From Antedon mediterranea (taxonomy: Eukaryota > Animalia > Echinodermata): 64,000 nucleotides of DNA. The DNA lies in the NCBI RefSeq assembly GCF_964355755.1, contig NC_092677.1, positions 7,958,101 through 8,022,100 on the forward strand. Direction: 5' to 3'. Within the stretch, counting starts at the first letter, position 1, and every line of letters starts with the position of its first letter. The notes beneath the pieces were generated by a model that ran no database searches, had not been told where the DNA came from, and saw only the letters and a list, made by a program, of their open reading frames with translations. A program made the translations under genes and the position numbers. Shown in pieces: positions 51,701-64,000 of this stretch.

Positions 51701-54700
51701 TAAATATCAACTTCTTTTGTTTGATATGTAATACATACCTGTACAGTACATTCCAAGCTGTAAATGGTTAATAATTATTCTTAAAGATTAAATAATATTG
51801 TGTCTCAAGAAACCTTAAAATAGATAAGATGATAATTGGGAAATACCCATCTATCAATAGACTTTATTCAAAATGAAACTTTTTTTTTATTTCATACGCA
51901 TCCAACAGCAAAAAAATTGCCAATTACAGGATGGAAAAACTATTTAATAATTTATCTTGCATAAACTAAGTCTCATTTGAGGCTTAAGGAGTAGAGTTAA
52001 AAGAGGCGTAAAAGTTAAAACGCTGAACCTTGGATTCGATTATTATTATTTGTTGGATTGAACGCTGGACCTTGGGATTGGAAGACAAAATGTAAGCTAG
52101 AGTGAGATTACACCCTTAACTTTCCCTGGTACGTATTGATATACTTAAAAAAAATTGGAACAGAAATCCCACTCATTCCAATTACAGAAGTTCAGAAACA
52201 GAGCATGACCAAGCAAAACATTTTTTTTAATGAATAATCCAGATGGCTATAATGAACATACATTAAAAGTTGAATTGACTAATCAAATTACAAGTAGTAC
52301 CCTATAAAAAAAATCGTCGGGATCCCGGCCGGGATCCGGTAAAATCCCGCGGGATTTTCGGGCGGTATTCCCGGTCGGGAATCCCGAAAAAATCGGGATA
52401 TTTTCGGGATTTCCGACCGGGAAATTAGCGAAATTGTGTTCGGAATTTTTGCGATATTCGCGGCCGGGATCCCGGTCATCCCGCGGGATTTTCGGGCGGT
52501 ATTCCCGAATTTTACCTGGATCCCGATAAAAATATCCCGATTTTTTACGACCTTTAAATCGGGATTTTTGCGATATTCACGGCCGGGATCCCGGTCATCC
52601 TGCGGGATTTTCGGGCGGTATTCCCGGTTTTTACCGGGATCCCGGTAACAAATATCCCGATTTTTGTCACAATTTTAATCGGGTACACAAGAAACATAAC
52701 ATTCTTAATATCAATAGAACAATCCAGCCCCTACCATCCTATAAAGTCAGTGTATACTCAGGTCAGAAAATTAATGTACTACAAATTAATAATGACTCTA
52801 GTGACTAGAAAGTTAAATATTCTTCCTGAATGGTCACATATTCAGATCTCATTATTATTTGATTAAGTCGGTGATGTGGGTCAGAAAACTAAGACAACAA
52901 GAGAGGCAGACCTCATACAATCTACTCAATGAGTAAGCTGATAACACTAAAATCTCAAGAATAATGTAATATTTAGTCTGTTTCAATATGTAATTAACTG
53001 CAATCTCCATACAATCACAATGTCTTATATTTTTATTTATTTCAAAAGCATCCAAAATTTAAGCTTTTAGATTCACACCTCTTTCTTCATAAATGTATCT
53101 TTTAAATTATGTTGTTGTTCAATTGTTTAACTTCTCACCTGATCCTTATTAATTGCACAGTGTTAAACAATTAAAAAATAAATAAAATTTGGCTTTGAAA
53201 ACTTTTAAAAAGTGACATTTATTATCAGTCAGTGTCATGATTTGGTGACAATTGTTCAGAAACAATCCAAATTATAAGCCAATAACGAAATTGAATCTTG
53301 TGAGCAGATTTGAGGATTATAAATAGGAGGTGATTTACAGAAAGTATGTCTACCCTTTTTTATTCAAATGTCAAAAAATCTAGGTCAACAAGATACTCAT
53401 ACAAAAAATAAATAAAAAAAAAAAAAAAAAAAACAGATACATACATGATAGGTTTTCCAAAATACTCCGTGACTATCATTTAAAAGTATACTTTTAAAAA
53501 CAAAAGTGAATTTAACTAACAAAAAAAAAATAGTTGAATGTCTAGAACATATCCTTTATATTCAATTCCGCTGTTGGTTTATACTCGTGTCAAGAAAATA
53601 TGAAACTAACTACTAAAATACAGGTGGCTCATCATCAAAAATATTTTCACCGGTGTATCATCCAAAAACAGCACACAAGAAAAATATAAAATGATATAAA
53701 GTATTTTTTCTAAAAATCATCTGTGAAATTGACCATTCAAATTCACTTTTAATGAAATGACTGCAAAAATATGCAGAGATAAGAAATGATCAATGTGAGA
53801 TTGATGCAACATTGTGGAATTAATTTGAATTCACTTGAAATATATGCATCTACACCATTTTAAAACCTTACAAAACTGTATTCACACCGCACTCACCCTA
53901 TAAGAAATACTATTGCTTCTTCTATTGTTGATGTGTATACGTCCAAATACAGCTTTATAAGCGAGTTGAATTTTTCTGCGAGCATTGAATAACACTTTCT
54001 GCCTCCAATTAGTTGGCTCAGACGAAGGTTCTCTCGAAAAGAAATGTGCAAATTTCATTTTGTATTCTATCCTATAATAAAGCTGTCTTTACTGGAATGT
54101 TTAAATACTATTATTTTAATTTTACATTCAAATGTTTGAATTTGCTCACAGTTTATACCGACCGACCAGCGGTTGTGTGAGAGTCACGCTTAAATGACTC
54201 AATCTGAGGCTGCTTGGTTGCAACGGCTTGACACACTTTGAATTCTAAGCCAACGTTAATGAGGACCTTCCTTTTCTCCTATCAGCAAACAACAGCTTTC
54301 AGACCAAGTGATTGGTTATTTTTATGATGATAGCACTAGCAAAGTTTACTCTGATTGGCTGTGAGTCATGAGTTGTAATATAAATAATTACATAATTTTG
54401 ATACCAAGATCAACTAACTTTTTAGAAATCGTATAAAATCAATTGTTTTTTTTTTTTTTCGGAAATTTGAGTTTTTGTAAGAATATTTCAAATAAAGCGT
54501 ACATTTAAAACTCATTTCAATTCAACTTAACATTTATTTCTTCCTTGAAGAAAATGAGGTAAACATAATAAATTCAAGTAAAATATATAACGAGTCAAGA
54601 ATGATAAATATTATGATTAAAAAGTAACAACAAAAAAACAATACTTTTACAAAGTACACACATGTTGAGGGTTTAGTAAACATTTTTAAAGAGAAAATTA

Positions 54701-57700
54701 CTTTTTAAAATATAAATTCATCATTATTTATTATTGAATAATAATATTCAACTAAAAGCAAATTTATTTTATCTTGAATAATTATAATTCTATACTTCAT
54801 TACGATTTGATAAAAGAAAGTCACCTATAAAGTAAACCAATATGCTACAAAATTGCATACAAACATGAAAAAGTAGCAACGGCTGAATTATGAATTACAT
54901 TTTAAAAATTGACATTAAATGGATTAGATTTTGATATAAAAAACAATTTGGAAAACAAAAAATCTAATATGCAATGTAAAATAAAAAAAATAAAAAAACT
55001 GAAACATTTACAATTATGTGGCAAATTCCACATGAGATTGAGGGCAAAAAAGTGATTCCAATTATTACTTTAGATTACTGGCTCATTGGTAATTGACTTA
55101 CTATACTATGTGTCTGAGTTACAGATTTTATAATGCAGTAAACCATGAATCACCAGGATAGAGAAGAGTAATTATCAAATGGCAGAGTGTTGAAAGAAGA
55201 CTTCCTAGTGAGAGCAACTGGTTCTACAGACAATTTCCACAAAACTGTATCATGCTTCGGGATGGCCCAAAGTATCAGGCTTTCTTGGACAGTATGGATT
55301 TTAGAATGAATTTACTGAAACAATAGTAGAAATGGTACTTGGACCTAATAGTAGACCTTAACAAAAGTTGGAGTTAGAATTGAAAGGGAGTTAGTTTTGT
55401 AATAGAAAAGGTTCTGGGACTTTTTAATCCTTAAAAAAGTTTGGAAGAAGTTTGTTGAGAGTGTTTCCAATTTTCTTCTTACTCATGATTTCTAAATAAA
55501 TCACAACTGTAAAACACAAAACCTACCGATAACACCGGCAGATAGATTCCTACTCTTTTTTTTATGGTGTATACAATTATTTTAAAAATTACAGTACACA
55601 AACATTTTTACATGAGGATGAGGTAATGATTGTAAAGGCATCTTGCCTTGGGATGCAATCAGCATGGCATGTAAGCATGTCTCTCACATGAGAGTTCAAT
55701 CATGCCCCATCACTCGATAAGAAACTTTAATATGCAAACCTACCTTATACCAAAACATAGTGCTATATAATTTTATCCTTCTTTCCGATGAGAAAAAATG
55801 ACCATTTCTCATTGGCCATGTCAACCATTTAATTGAAAAACACATACTGTAATGGCAGATTTCAATAGAAAATCCTGATTAAATGTATGGTTGTACAACA
55901 AACGTTTAAATAACTAATAAATATTTATGCGGTTTGATTTTGTGATTTCCACGTTCCAACTTTTCGTAACAATTATTAATTACAAATGCCCAATCAAAAT
56001 TCAGTATAGGGCACTACAGTATAGTGACTGTCAAGTGGCATAATATTATTATTATATGATTACAATTAAACTATTTACCATGACCTTAACACTAAATATA
56101 TGATAATTAAATTAATTCTTGGCACTGAAGTGTTTAAAAATCAGAAATAAAGGCAGTTGTTGAACGGGGAGGGAAAAGTAAGGGGAGTATCATATTTAAA
56201 GAAAAAAGGTCCCTCTCGTAGTTTTGAAGTATCTGTGATTTAAATTTAAACAGAAAAACACAAATACCTAACACATTTTGGACTGTATGTGAACACATGT
56301 ATTTGAAACAGCAGTTTAAAACTGATTGAGGAATAACGTTAAAATAGTTAGTGAGAAGATAGTGAGAGAGTAGCATAATCAACATAAAAAAAACATTATC
56401 ATCATCTCCACAATGCACAAGGGTGGAAGTAAAGAATTAAAACCTCTACAGGTAATTGAAGGACTCCGGGCAATGCCCATGTGTACACTTTGAAACAGAA
56501 ACCATTGGCTAATTATGAGTCACTGATGTACAGTAAGAGAAAGTCAGTGTTTGAATACAGTGATTTTAATTCTTGTATATTGTACAATTATTACTCATGT
56601 CTATTTATGGTATATATAGAACAATAATAGTAATAAAATGGCAACAGCATTAATTGATATCATAGTTGATGTCAAAAAGTTAATGTACTGTAAATGTATG
56701 TGTACTTTTGTCATCTGGGTAAACTTTCCTGTACCTTAAGTGTGGACATGACCATAGGATGACCTTCTTGTTTTCCTTTAAACACCCTTTTCACATCTAG
56801 TGTGAAGAGATGTTCCAAATTGTTTCTGCGCATGTGAACTTGTCCTGGTATTTAACTGACAATCTCATTACATGCATAATACACAATTATTCTATATAAA
56901 CTATCACTCCATATAAAAGTAATTTCTATAAAAATTAGTGGAAAGTCTTGGGCAACCAAAAGTACTAGTAACTTTACAACCAACACATTAAGATTAAGAA
57001 TTCAGTCTCTTTTCAATGTCAGAATTCTCCAACCATGTCTTTTTTTTTTATTAGGACCATGGATAAAATAATGGTAAAACCTAACTTTACTGGACTGCAG
57101 CTAATCTCCAGATCTGTAGACAACTATAAATAATGAAGTCAACTCACAAAAGAACATATAAACATCAAGAAAGTAAAAGGAACTCAAATTCAAAACACAA
57201 TACACTAAATAAAAATGGTGATAACAGTATATAGCCTTGAATAGTTTTTTTTATAAACAAAAATTAGGAAGTTGATTGACAGGCAAGAAGTCTGTAACAT
57301 GGTTCTGTCATTTCCTATTAATTTCAATAAGTAAATGTGCATCTTGAAGGTTTTCCCTATAGTTTTTTTTTGTTTTGGAAAAAGGGGGTTTAAGGATAAA
57401 ATAACAAAATTTAGGACTAGTAGGCCTACTACTGTATACTAATCTCGAATTTTATCATATCTCATTATCTGTCGTATCAAAATAAAGTACATTTATTTAT
57501 ACAGAGTGACTAAAGTGATATTCTAAATGCAGGTTAATCTTTCATTGTATAATTTTTAACATTTGCTCCATCAATACTAAACTTTAATGATACAACAAAT
57601 GACCTTAAAATAGTATACCAAAGTTTATCTGTTTGAATGGCACAGGATGAACTAATTATAACGTTCTACTAGGTTGCTTTCAAAATCTATCATTTCCCTA

Positions 57701-60700
57701 CTTTTTCACTTTTTCCTGTACAACCAATCATATAGAAAAACATTTGAACTATTTCCAAAGATGCGACAGCCATAATGACTCTAAAACATCCAAGTTTATT
57801 AGTATTTATTATCATTTTGTAATAATCATGACTCCAGATTTAAAAAATAAACATCAATTTCCTTCATTCAGTAATGACAGAGTTAAGGTGGGGCTTAATA
57901 ATTATTTGGAGGCACAGGAAGGGACTTACTCTACAAATGCAATAATAAGACGATAAAATAAAAAACGCAGCTGCCTTGAGTCTTTAATAAAGGAATTAAT
58001 TAAAGAACAAACAAAAAAAATAAATGTACAAGATGTACAGTTCTAGGTAACACAGTATGCTCACTTGCCTAATGGCTATGAGCCCTCACTGGCTAAACCT
58101 AGGGGTCCCAGAGCATGAGCAGATTCAGTGCAACTAATATAATTAGAGGGCCCGAGTACTAAAACTGGGATCTTTGCCCACTGTGTTATGTAGAGTATGC
58201 TTGTGTTTTTGGTTAAAAAACAGTTATCTCAAACATTGTTTATGACATCACCTTTCATAAAAATGGATTTGTTTATTTATGGTTAAGATGTTTTGACTCC
58301 CAGGGTCTTTGGTTCAAACCATGCAAGATGCCAGGGGAAAAAACAACTCCTCTCCTCACAAAGACTTTTGTTTAAGACGCTGATGTATAATCCTCTACAT
58401 CAGCATCTTAAACATATAGTATATCTTTGAAACAAAACAGGATGCTTTGAAATGTTATGCATACATGTATTTGTGCAATAAAGCTATCAATCAAGAATTG
58501 CCACCTTCAAGAGAGATAGTGAATTATTGTTCTCACAGTTTTCTTTGACAATCTGCATAGTGTATAAAAAGAATAAACACTTACAACTCTTGAAATTCTA
58601 TTTGCCATTGGTGGTAGAGCAGGAGGTCGAACTTCAGAAGTTGGTGATATTACAGACTCTACCTGCTCATAAAGCTGATCAAAGTCTGCAGAGCTTTCTT
58701 CATCTACCGATGAGTAAACTGAAGGATTTTGTTGTCTCTCGCGTTCTTTTCGTTCTCTTATGCTTTCCAAACTTTCTCTAGCACTAACCTGAAAATGTTG
58801 ACAAGATAAAAATAAATATTTAGAAAAAATTTTATTTGTTTTGGTTTTGTTATTAAGTGTGTCTTGTAATTTTTAAATAGAATTTTCAAAAATGTTATCT
58901 CAAAATCAATACTGATCAATAATAGTTTTAATATCCTTAGAAATTAAACAATGGTGGCAGCACACAGGAAAGAAAATACAATCAAACATTTTAATTGAAT
59001 TTTACAGAACTGATACAGTTTAGTTATTCATAGTTTATTTAAATTAACCTGTAATATCATTTATATTAAGATTTTAACCAGCCAGCCAGTGATTCACTGT
59101 TAGAATGGAATAAAATAAATAAATGAAACAAGTAAACAAAAAATGTCTTAACTGACTTTGCACTGAAAAAAGACAGAGGTTCTCTCCATTGGGTCCTCAC
59201 ATTAGATTTCGCAAGGGATCTGAACCAGTGTTAGAATTACACTTACAGCACATTGTTTTGGCTTTATGAAGTAATTTTTCGAGATGAAGATAGACAGAAC
59301 TTCAACATACCTGAGTGTACGGTGGCTCGGACCTATTACCTGGAACAGGATCAAGTGTTACTATTTCCGGCTGAGCTCTAGGTGCCATCCTGATTAAATA
59401 ATAAACAATAATAATAAACATAAATTAATGTGTTTTTTTTTTTAATTTGGAATTACATGATTTGGAATGTCTGAAAACACCTGGTAAATAAATTATCAAC
59501 ATGAGAATTCCCTGTATTGTACAAATGCAAATAAATCTACTAGAAGTAAATAAAAATGAGATTGAAATACTCAAAGTTAGAACTGAATAAAGACAAATGA
59601 AGATTTAAAAAATAGTCAAATGTATCAAGTTCAGTAGGTAAATGCAAATATCTGTTAGGATCTTTATAATCTCATCAATCAATCCCAATTTTTTTTTATT
59701 CTTTGTAAATAACGCATGATGTAGGTGACCGTTTCAATTTATTCAACGTTAACAAAATTGACTGCTTGACTGACTCTCAAATTTATTTGAGAACTTCCAA
59801 CTCTCGTCTAATGGTTTAAATATTGAATACTTGTTTGATGCAAAAAATATATAGCCATCGCCCCAAGTTTGGTGGTCTACTGGATGTTTTGGGATTCGAG
59901 CCAATTATGACAGAATCACTTGTGAAAGTGTTCTTAAACGTACTAAATATAGAGTACAATTTACACTGGCCAATTAAATGATTCAGTGACTCAACACTCA
60001 ACTCAAATTTGTATAAATAAAACCTAACAGATCATCTGTATTGTTAATACATTTTTTTAATCTAATTTAAACAAAATTTGTTTCCAGTGGGACAATAATT
60101 ATTTTTAATATAATATTGCATGACAAATAAATATCTACAATTTAGTATGGATTTCTTGAAATTTGTTCTCATTAAGACTCATAGAATTAAGTCACCAATT
60201 ATGCCCAACTGTGTCGTACTGTGACCTGACCTGGATTGGTAAAGGATCTATAATCTTAAAATTCCAAAAACAAGTCAACTAAAAGTGAATAAATATCTTT
60301 AAAAAAAATTTGTACTGTAAATAGAATTTTAAGGACACTTTCTTAACCCTGAATAGTTTTAAATGATATATTTTCGTTCATTTCATAAGAAAGTGTCCCT
60401 TAATAGGGGTGTCCTATTTTGGTAAAGAATTCACAGTAGAACTGTAAACAAATTTTAGTTTTCAAAGATAAAAGTTAAAAAAAAAATGCCTGTTTTTTTC
60501 AATGTACAATTATGTTACCTTTCTAATGGAAACTCTTGCTGTTCAACTGGACGAGGTGAATGGTTGCCAGGACCAATTGCAGCATCTGTATCATCAACAC
60601 TCTCATAGTCTTTAGTTTCCTGCTGCTGTAACAAAGATTCAATCTAAAGGTGTAATTATGTCATCTACAATCATTAACTGCAGTAAAATTATTTATAATA

Positions 60701-62866
60701 CACATAATGAAATATTCACAGTTTTCTCAGTGTATTAGATTAAAACTGAATATTTCATTATGTGCATGAGTATAAATAATTTTACTGCAGTTACTACATT
60801 TTTTACTGCGATAACAAGGATTTTAATTTTAATGGAGACATTATGAGTCAGTTAATGCAATGATGTATATGATGCGGTATGCCAAAAAAGTGAGAAATAT
60901 GATTGTAAATGTTCATCTGGTCTGGAAGGTATATTTCTAATTTTGTATTTTAGTTTTGGTTTGAAAAAAGAAATTTATATATTCAGTAAACAAAATGTAG
61001 TTACTCCAATAAAAAACAGTAGAATAATTTTGATATGGTGGACTTATTAATCAATTCAAAGAATACCGAAGGAAAAACCATGAAGTACGGTTTACCTTAT
61101 TTTCACCAATGGTTGCACCAGCGCCATCAGAGGTAGCACCACCCGACGCAACAGCTACAGCTGGTGTAAGATCATTTTCGACCTTTGCATAAGGGTCAGT
61201 ACCTTTGACCTCAGCATAATCAGCATCGTAGTCTTGATCTGTCAAGTCTGTAGTTTTGACCTCAGTATATGTGTCTTCGTCTTTGACCTTTGCATACGGG
61301 TCTTCCTTTGTCTTACTAGCACTAGCATTCACATTGTCTGATTTTAATTTGTCCATGTTTTCTGCAAGTGTTTCACCTTTAACAATTTCATAGTCTGGGT
61401 TTCTTTTTGTCTTTTTAACTTCTGTATCACTAACCCTCTGATAATTTGAATCCATTGCATCTTTAATCATCTGATAATTCGGATCTTTTGAGTTTGTGTG
61501 TTCCGGTATAAAATCATATGTTTGATCAAAGTCCGGAGGATTAGATTCAGGTGTTGGAACTGCTGTGGGTGGTGGAATTGCTGGTAGTCTTCTTTCAGAT
61601 GTGCTCATTGATAGTTTTCCACCAAATGGTGGTGAAAGGCCACCAACATGCTCACTCTTTGGCCTTCGTGCCATAGGATCTTTTGCTTTGTCAGGTTTTT
61701 TGGCTGATTGTCTAGTAGCAACATTATTTTTTTGACTCTTTGAATGTCTAGTAATGTTTCGTTCAGCATCCAGTGCAAGAGGATCGATAATTTTTGTAGA
61801 ATTGCCATTTGGAGTGGTTGGTGCAGAATGAGCCTTGTGAAAAATAAAACAAAAATTGATATATTAAAGAAATGTAATTATAAAGTATGATCATGAAGTT
61901 TCAAACCTTCAGTTCAACAATCTTTACAGCTATAAGTTCATATCATGACAAATATCAAATGGCAACATGCACTATTACATGTAAGGACTATTAACATTAG
62001 GTATGCCTCCTGTTAAAACCACTTAGACCATGAAAATGGGCCTGTTAGCATTACTGTAGGATGGTACAGCATGTCAAATATCGTTTTGAAAATTGTATGG
62101 AAAATGGCCCAGAGGAATAAAAGGAATGTTTTTGCTTCTCGAATGTTTAAATATGGAGTTCTCCTTATGAAAATGGAGATACTGTATGTAACATTCTTTA
62201 ATTGGGTATGTCAGTCAACAAGTCTGGTAACCTTTTTTTTTTCCAATCTAGATTAACAAACAAGACTGATTACCTTAATCTTAACTGGAGGAAGTTCTTC
62301 TTGTGTTTCACTAGGCACATTCGACTCAATGTCAGGCTGTTCTAGTTTAACACTGAAAAAAAAAATTATTTATTATGGTAAACTCTCCAAAAACAAGTCT
62401 AAGATAAGATCAATCAATAGGTACTATTGAAAATGCACTTCGCAAACTAACTTTGAAGAAAATCTTCAACATTCCTCACTACTTAAATGTATATAATAAA
62501 TATATGATCATCATGTTGCATGGTAATAACCGCAAACAGGATTCCAAAGGTTACGAGCATTCTGGGTACTATTAAAAGAATTTAAATCCTGTGAGGGCAC
62601 TGTTTAACATGGTACAAAAAAAAAATCTCAACAATAAATTGGCACTTGTCGCCTACAGGTATATTACTGTATAATAGATATCAGCCTTCTATTCAATTTG
62701 AAGATGGAACTCCTGTATTGAATATTGTAGTATCTAGTGTAAGTTTATTTTATTTATAAACTTACCTTTTCTTAGAATGCGCACATAGAAGCAGAGCTAC
62801 CACCAACAGCACACCACCAATAACACTGAGCATGCTCAAACTTGTAGCTGTTGCTATGGCGAACAT
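42788..62866 (-). CDS. Single-pass transmembrane adaptor protein with ~20 Tyr motifs (PAG1/Cbp-like architecture), ~781 aa
   Basis: Exons 62866-62766, 62352-62274, 61833-61096, 60625-60519, 59389-59311, 58788-58585, 51295-51133 and 43662-42788; GT-AG, 2346 nt open. N-terminal TM (MLSVIGGVLLVVALLL) followed by CAHSKK. Low-complexity tail with YAKV x3, YSSV, YEEI, YEEV, YESV, YAVV and Pro-rich RRLPAIPPP and RPPALPP. Confidence 0.8.
45953..47772 (+). mobile_element. Complete non-autonomous Helitron
   Basis: A|TC 5' end, 3' hairpin GATGGTACGC..GCGTGCCATC followed by CTAG|T, no TSD. Confidence 0.88.
46409..47190. repeat. ~262-bp tandem repeat x3 inside the Helitron
   Basis: ACATTCCAAATTATTTGGTTTAACC at 46409, 46670 and 46933. 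Confidence 0.9.
48121..50775. mobile_element. Non-autonomous hAT element with nested MULE-like MITE
   Basis: 8-bp TSD CTCCAAAC (48113-48120, 50776-50783); imperfect TIR CAG(CC/TG)GCGTAACA. Confidence 0.85.
48740..49814. mobile_element. MULE-like MITE, intact 1075-bp copy
   Basis: TIR GGGTGTCACGAAAGCTCAGACC; 10-bp TSD GCTAGATCCC. Confidence 0.9.
52300..52683. mobile_element. GC-rich non-autonomous element with CCC..GGG ends (CMC/EnSpm-like)
   Basis: TA|CCCTATAAAAA..TTTTAATCGGG|TA, filled with CGGGATCCCG/CGGGATTTT motifs in both orientations. Confidence 0.65.
53897..54058 (-). CDS. Putative alternative first coding exon of the adaptor gene (54 aa)
   Basis: ATG at 54058, open frame MKFAHFFSREPSSEPTNWRQKVLFNARRKIQLAYKAVFGRIHINNRRSNSISYR, donor AGG|GTGAGT in phase 0 matching the exon at 51295. 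Confidence 0.6.
54190..54370 (-). promoter_or_regulatory. Putative internal promoter
   Basis: Two CCAATCA boxes on the - strand (~54310, ~54352) and AP-1-type TGA(C/G)TCA at 54195 and 54362, upstream of the alternative exon. Confidence 0.4.
60675..60793. repeat. ~119-bp near-perfect palindrome in an intron (MITE-like hairpin)
   Basis: TAACTGCAGTAAAATTATTTATA..CACATAATGAAATATTC / GAATATTTCATTATGTG..TATAAATAATTTTACTGCAGTTA. Confidence 0.8.
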
Positions 62867-64000
62867 AATGATGTTCTATTTTCTGGACACACCATAAAGA
62901 TCCAACTGTTTTCTATAAAATTATTTTGTTAACAAATCTGTAAGATATAAAGAATCAAGTAGTGATATTTATGTTCACTAAATTATTATTATTAAGCTAA
63001 AATCTGATTTGAAAAAAAAAAATTCCAAATGTTCCTCTGTAATTTACAGCAAGGAATTTACCCTCTTGAACGATATTGGTCAGCGGAACTGTATAAATCA
63101 AACACTGGGTACTTACAATTATAATAAAAAATGTTATGCCAAAAAATTGTTCCTGTTTTTGTTGTTGTTTTAGTTTTGATAAATTTTGAAAAGATAGAAT
63201 TAAACAGTCACAAGATTGAGCAAGATTACATGTACCCATGAACAGTAATAAATATTATAGTGTTGAATATTATAAGTATTACAAATTCTGATTAAATCTG
63301 TAAATATTGATTGATCTTATAATGACAATTGATGAAGTTGATTCACTTCAACTAGCAGACTAAAACTATTCTACTGCAGTAACTGCTGTACAGTAGCTAG
63401 GTTTTGTTGACTGTACTGTACAACAATAGAATCAGGTAGTTGTTAATTGTAACCCCTGGTAGAATGAATGATGTACAAAACTGATTTAAATGACAGTACA
63501 AAACCACAATAAGATAAATCTAAACATAAATACTGTAGTTCATAAAAACTATACAGATCTTTACTTATATTTGCATAATTATATCAATGACTGCATGTAC
63601 AGATATACTACTATATATTTATTTCTAATAAAAATATTTTCATTGAAAGATAATGTCCCTGTATCACATACTGTAATAATATTTAAAAAATTGAATCTTA
63701 AAGAAAATTGTTTACCTAAAAAAATATTAAAGAAAAAAAATGTTTTTGGTTTAGTCTTTGAAGTGAAATCATTATTTTTTTCCTTTTCTTTAGTTTAGTT
63801 ATTTCAAAGTTTTGTAAAACAGTGAGTGTAACGATAGTGGTTTGATTACCCAAAAAGCTTGAAGAAAAAAAGTACTGCAACAACTGCAGTAGAATAATTG
63901 TGACATGGTCCCTAAATAAAACTAAATTTACTGAAAAATATTGATCGTCTCGCAGTTGCAAGCTTTCACGTCCGTTTTTAAATCGTTAATGTTGATTTAA

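Noticed and set aside
52288-52648. Overlapping ORFs 52288-52479 and 52436-52648 as genes
   Set aside because: Low-complexity translations of a GC-rich repetitive element.

Overview
AT-rich, intron-containing animal genomic DNA. A marine invertebrate is plausible from the repeat repertoire, but the taxon cannot be proven here. No prokaryotic features and no CRISPR. Two host genes were reconstructed by hand from splice sites and phases. (1) A 6-exon + strand gene (7496-33208, ~496 aa) encodes a type II membrane protein fusing an FkbM-type SAM methyltransferase to a NodB/CE4-like domain lacking its catalytic motifs. (2) An 8-coding-exon - strand gene (62866-42788, ~781 aa) encodes a PAG1/Cbp-like single-pass adaptor with ~20 Tyr motifs and has a probable alternative TM-less first exon. 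The 19-kb last intron of gene 1 holds a nested stack with resolvable junctions: Harbinger-like MITE > Helentron/DINE-like mini-element > MULE-like MITE > a 15.5-kb, apparently intact CMC/EnSpm (CACTA-like) transposon. That transposon carries an unbroken transposase ORF upstream of an intact 12-exon DUF4806-like gene, probably inside its first intron, and further TEs sit only in its introns/UTR. Also present: a broken L1-Tx1 LINE, an inverted Penelope-like duplication with two minimal hammerhead ribozymes, a 5S-headed Deu-domain SINE, Helitrons, hAT/Harbinger MITEs and a decayed fibrocystin-L (PKHD1L1-like) fragment. All family calls come from motif recognition, not database searches. Coordinates were counted by hand and may be off by a few bases.
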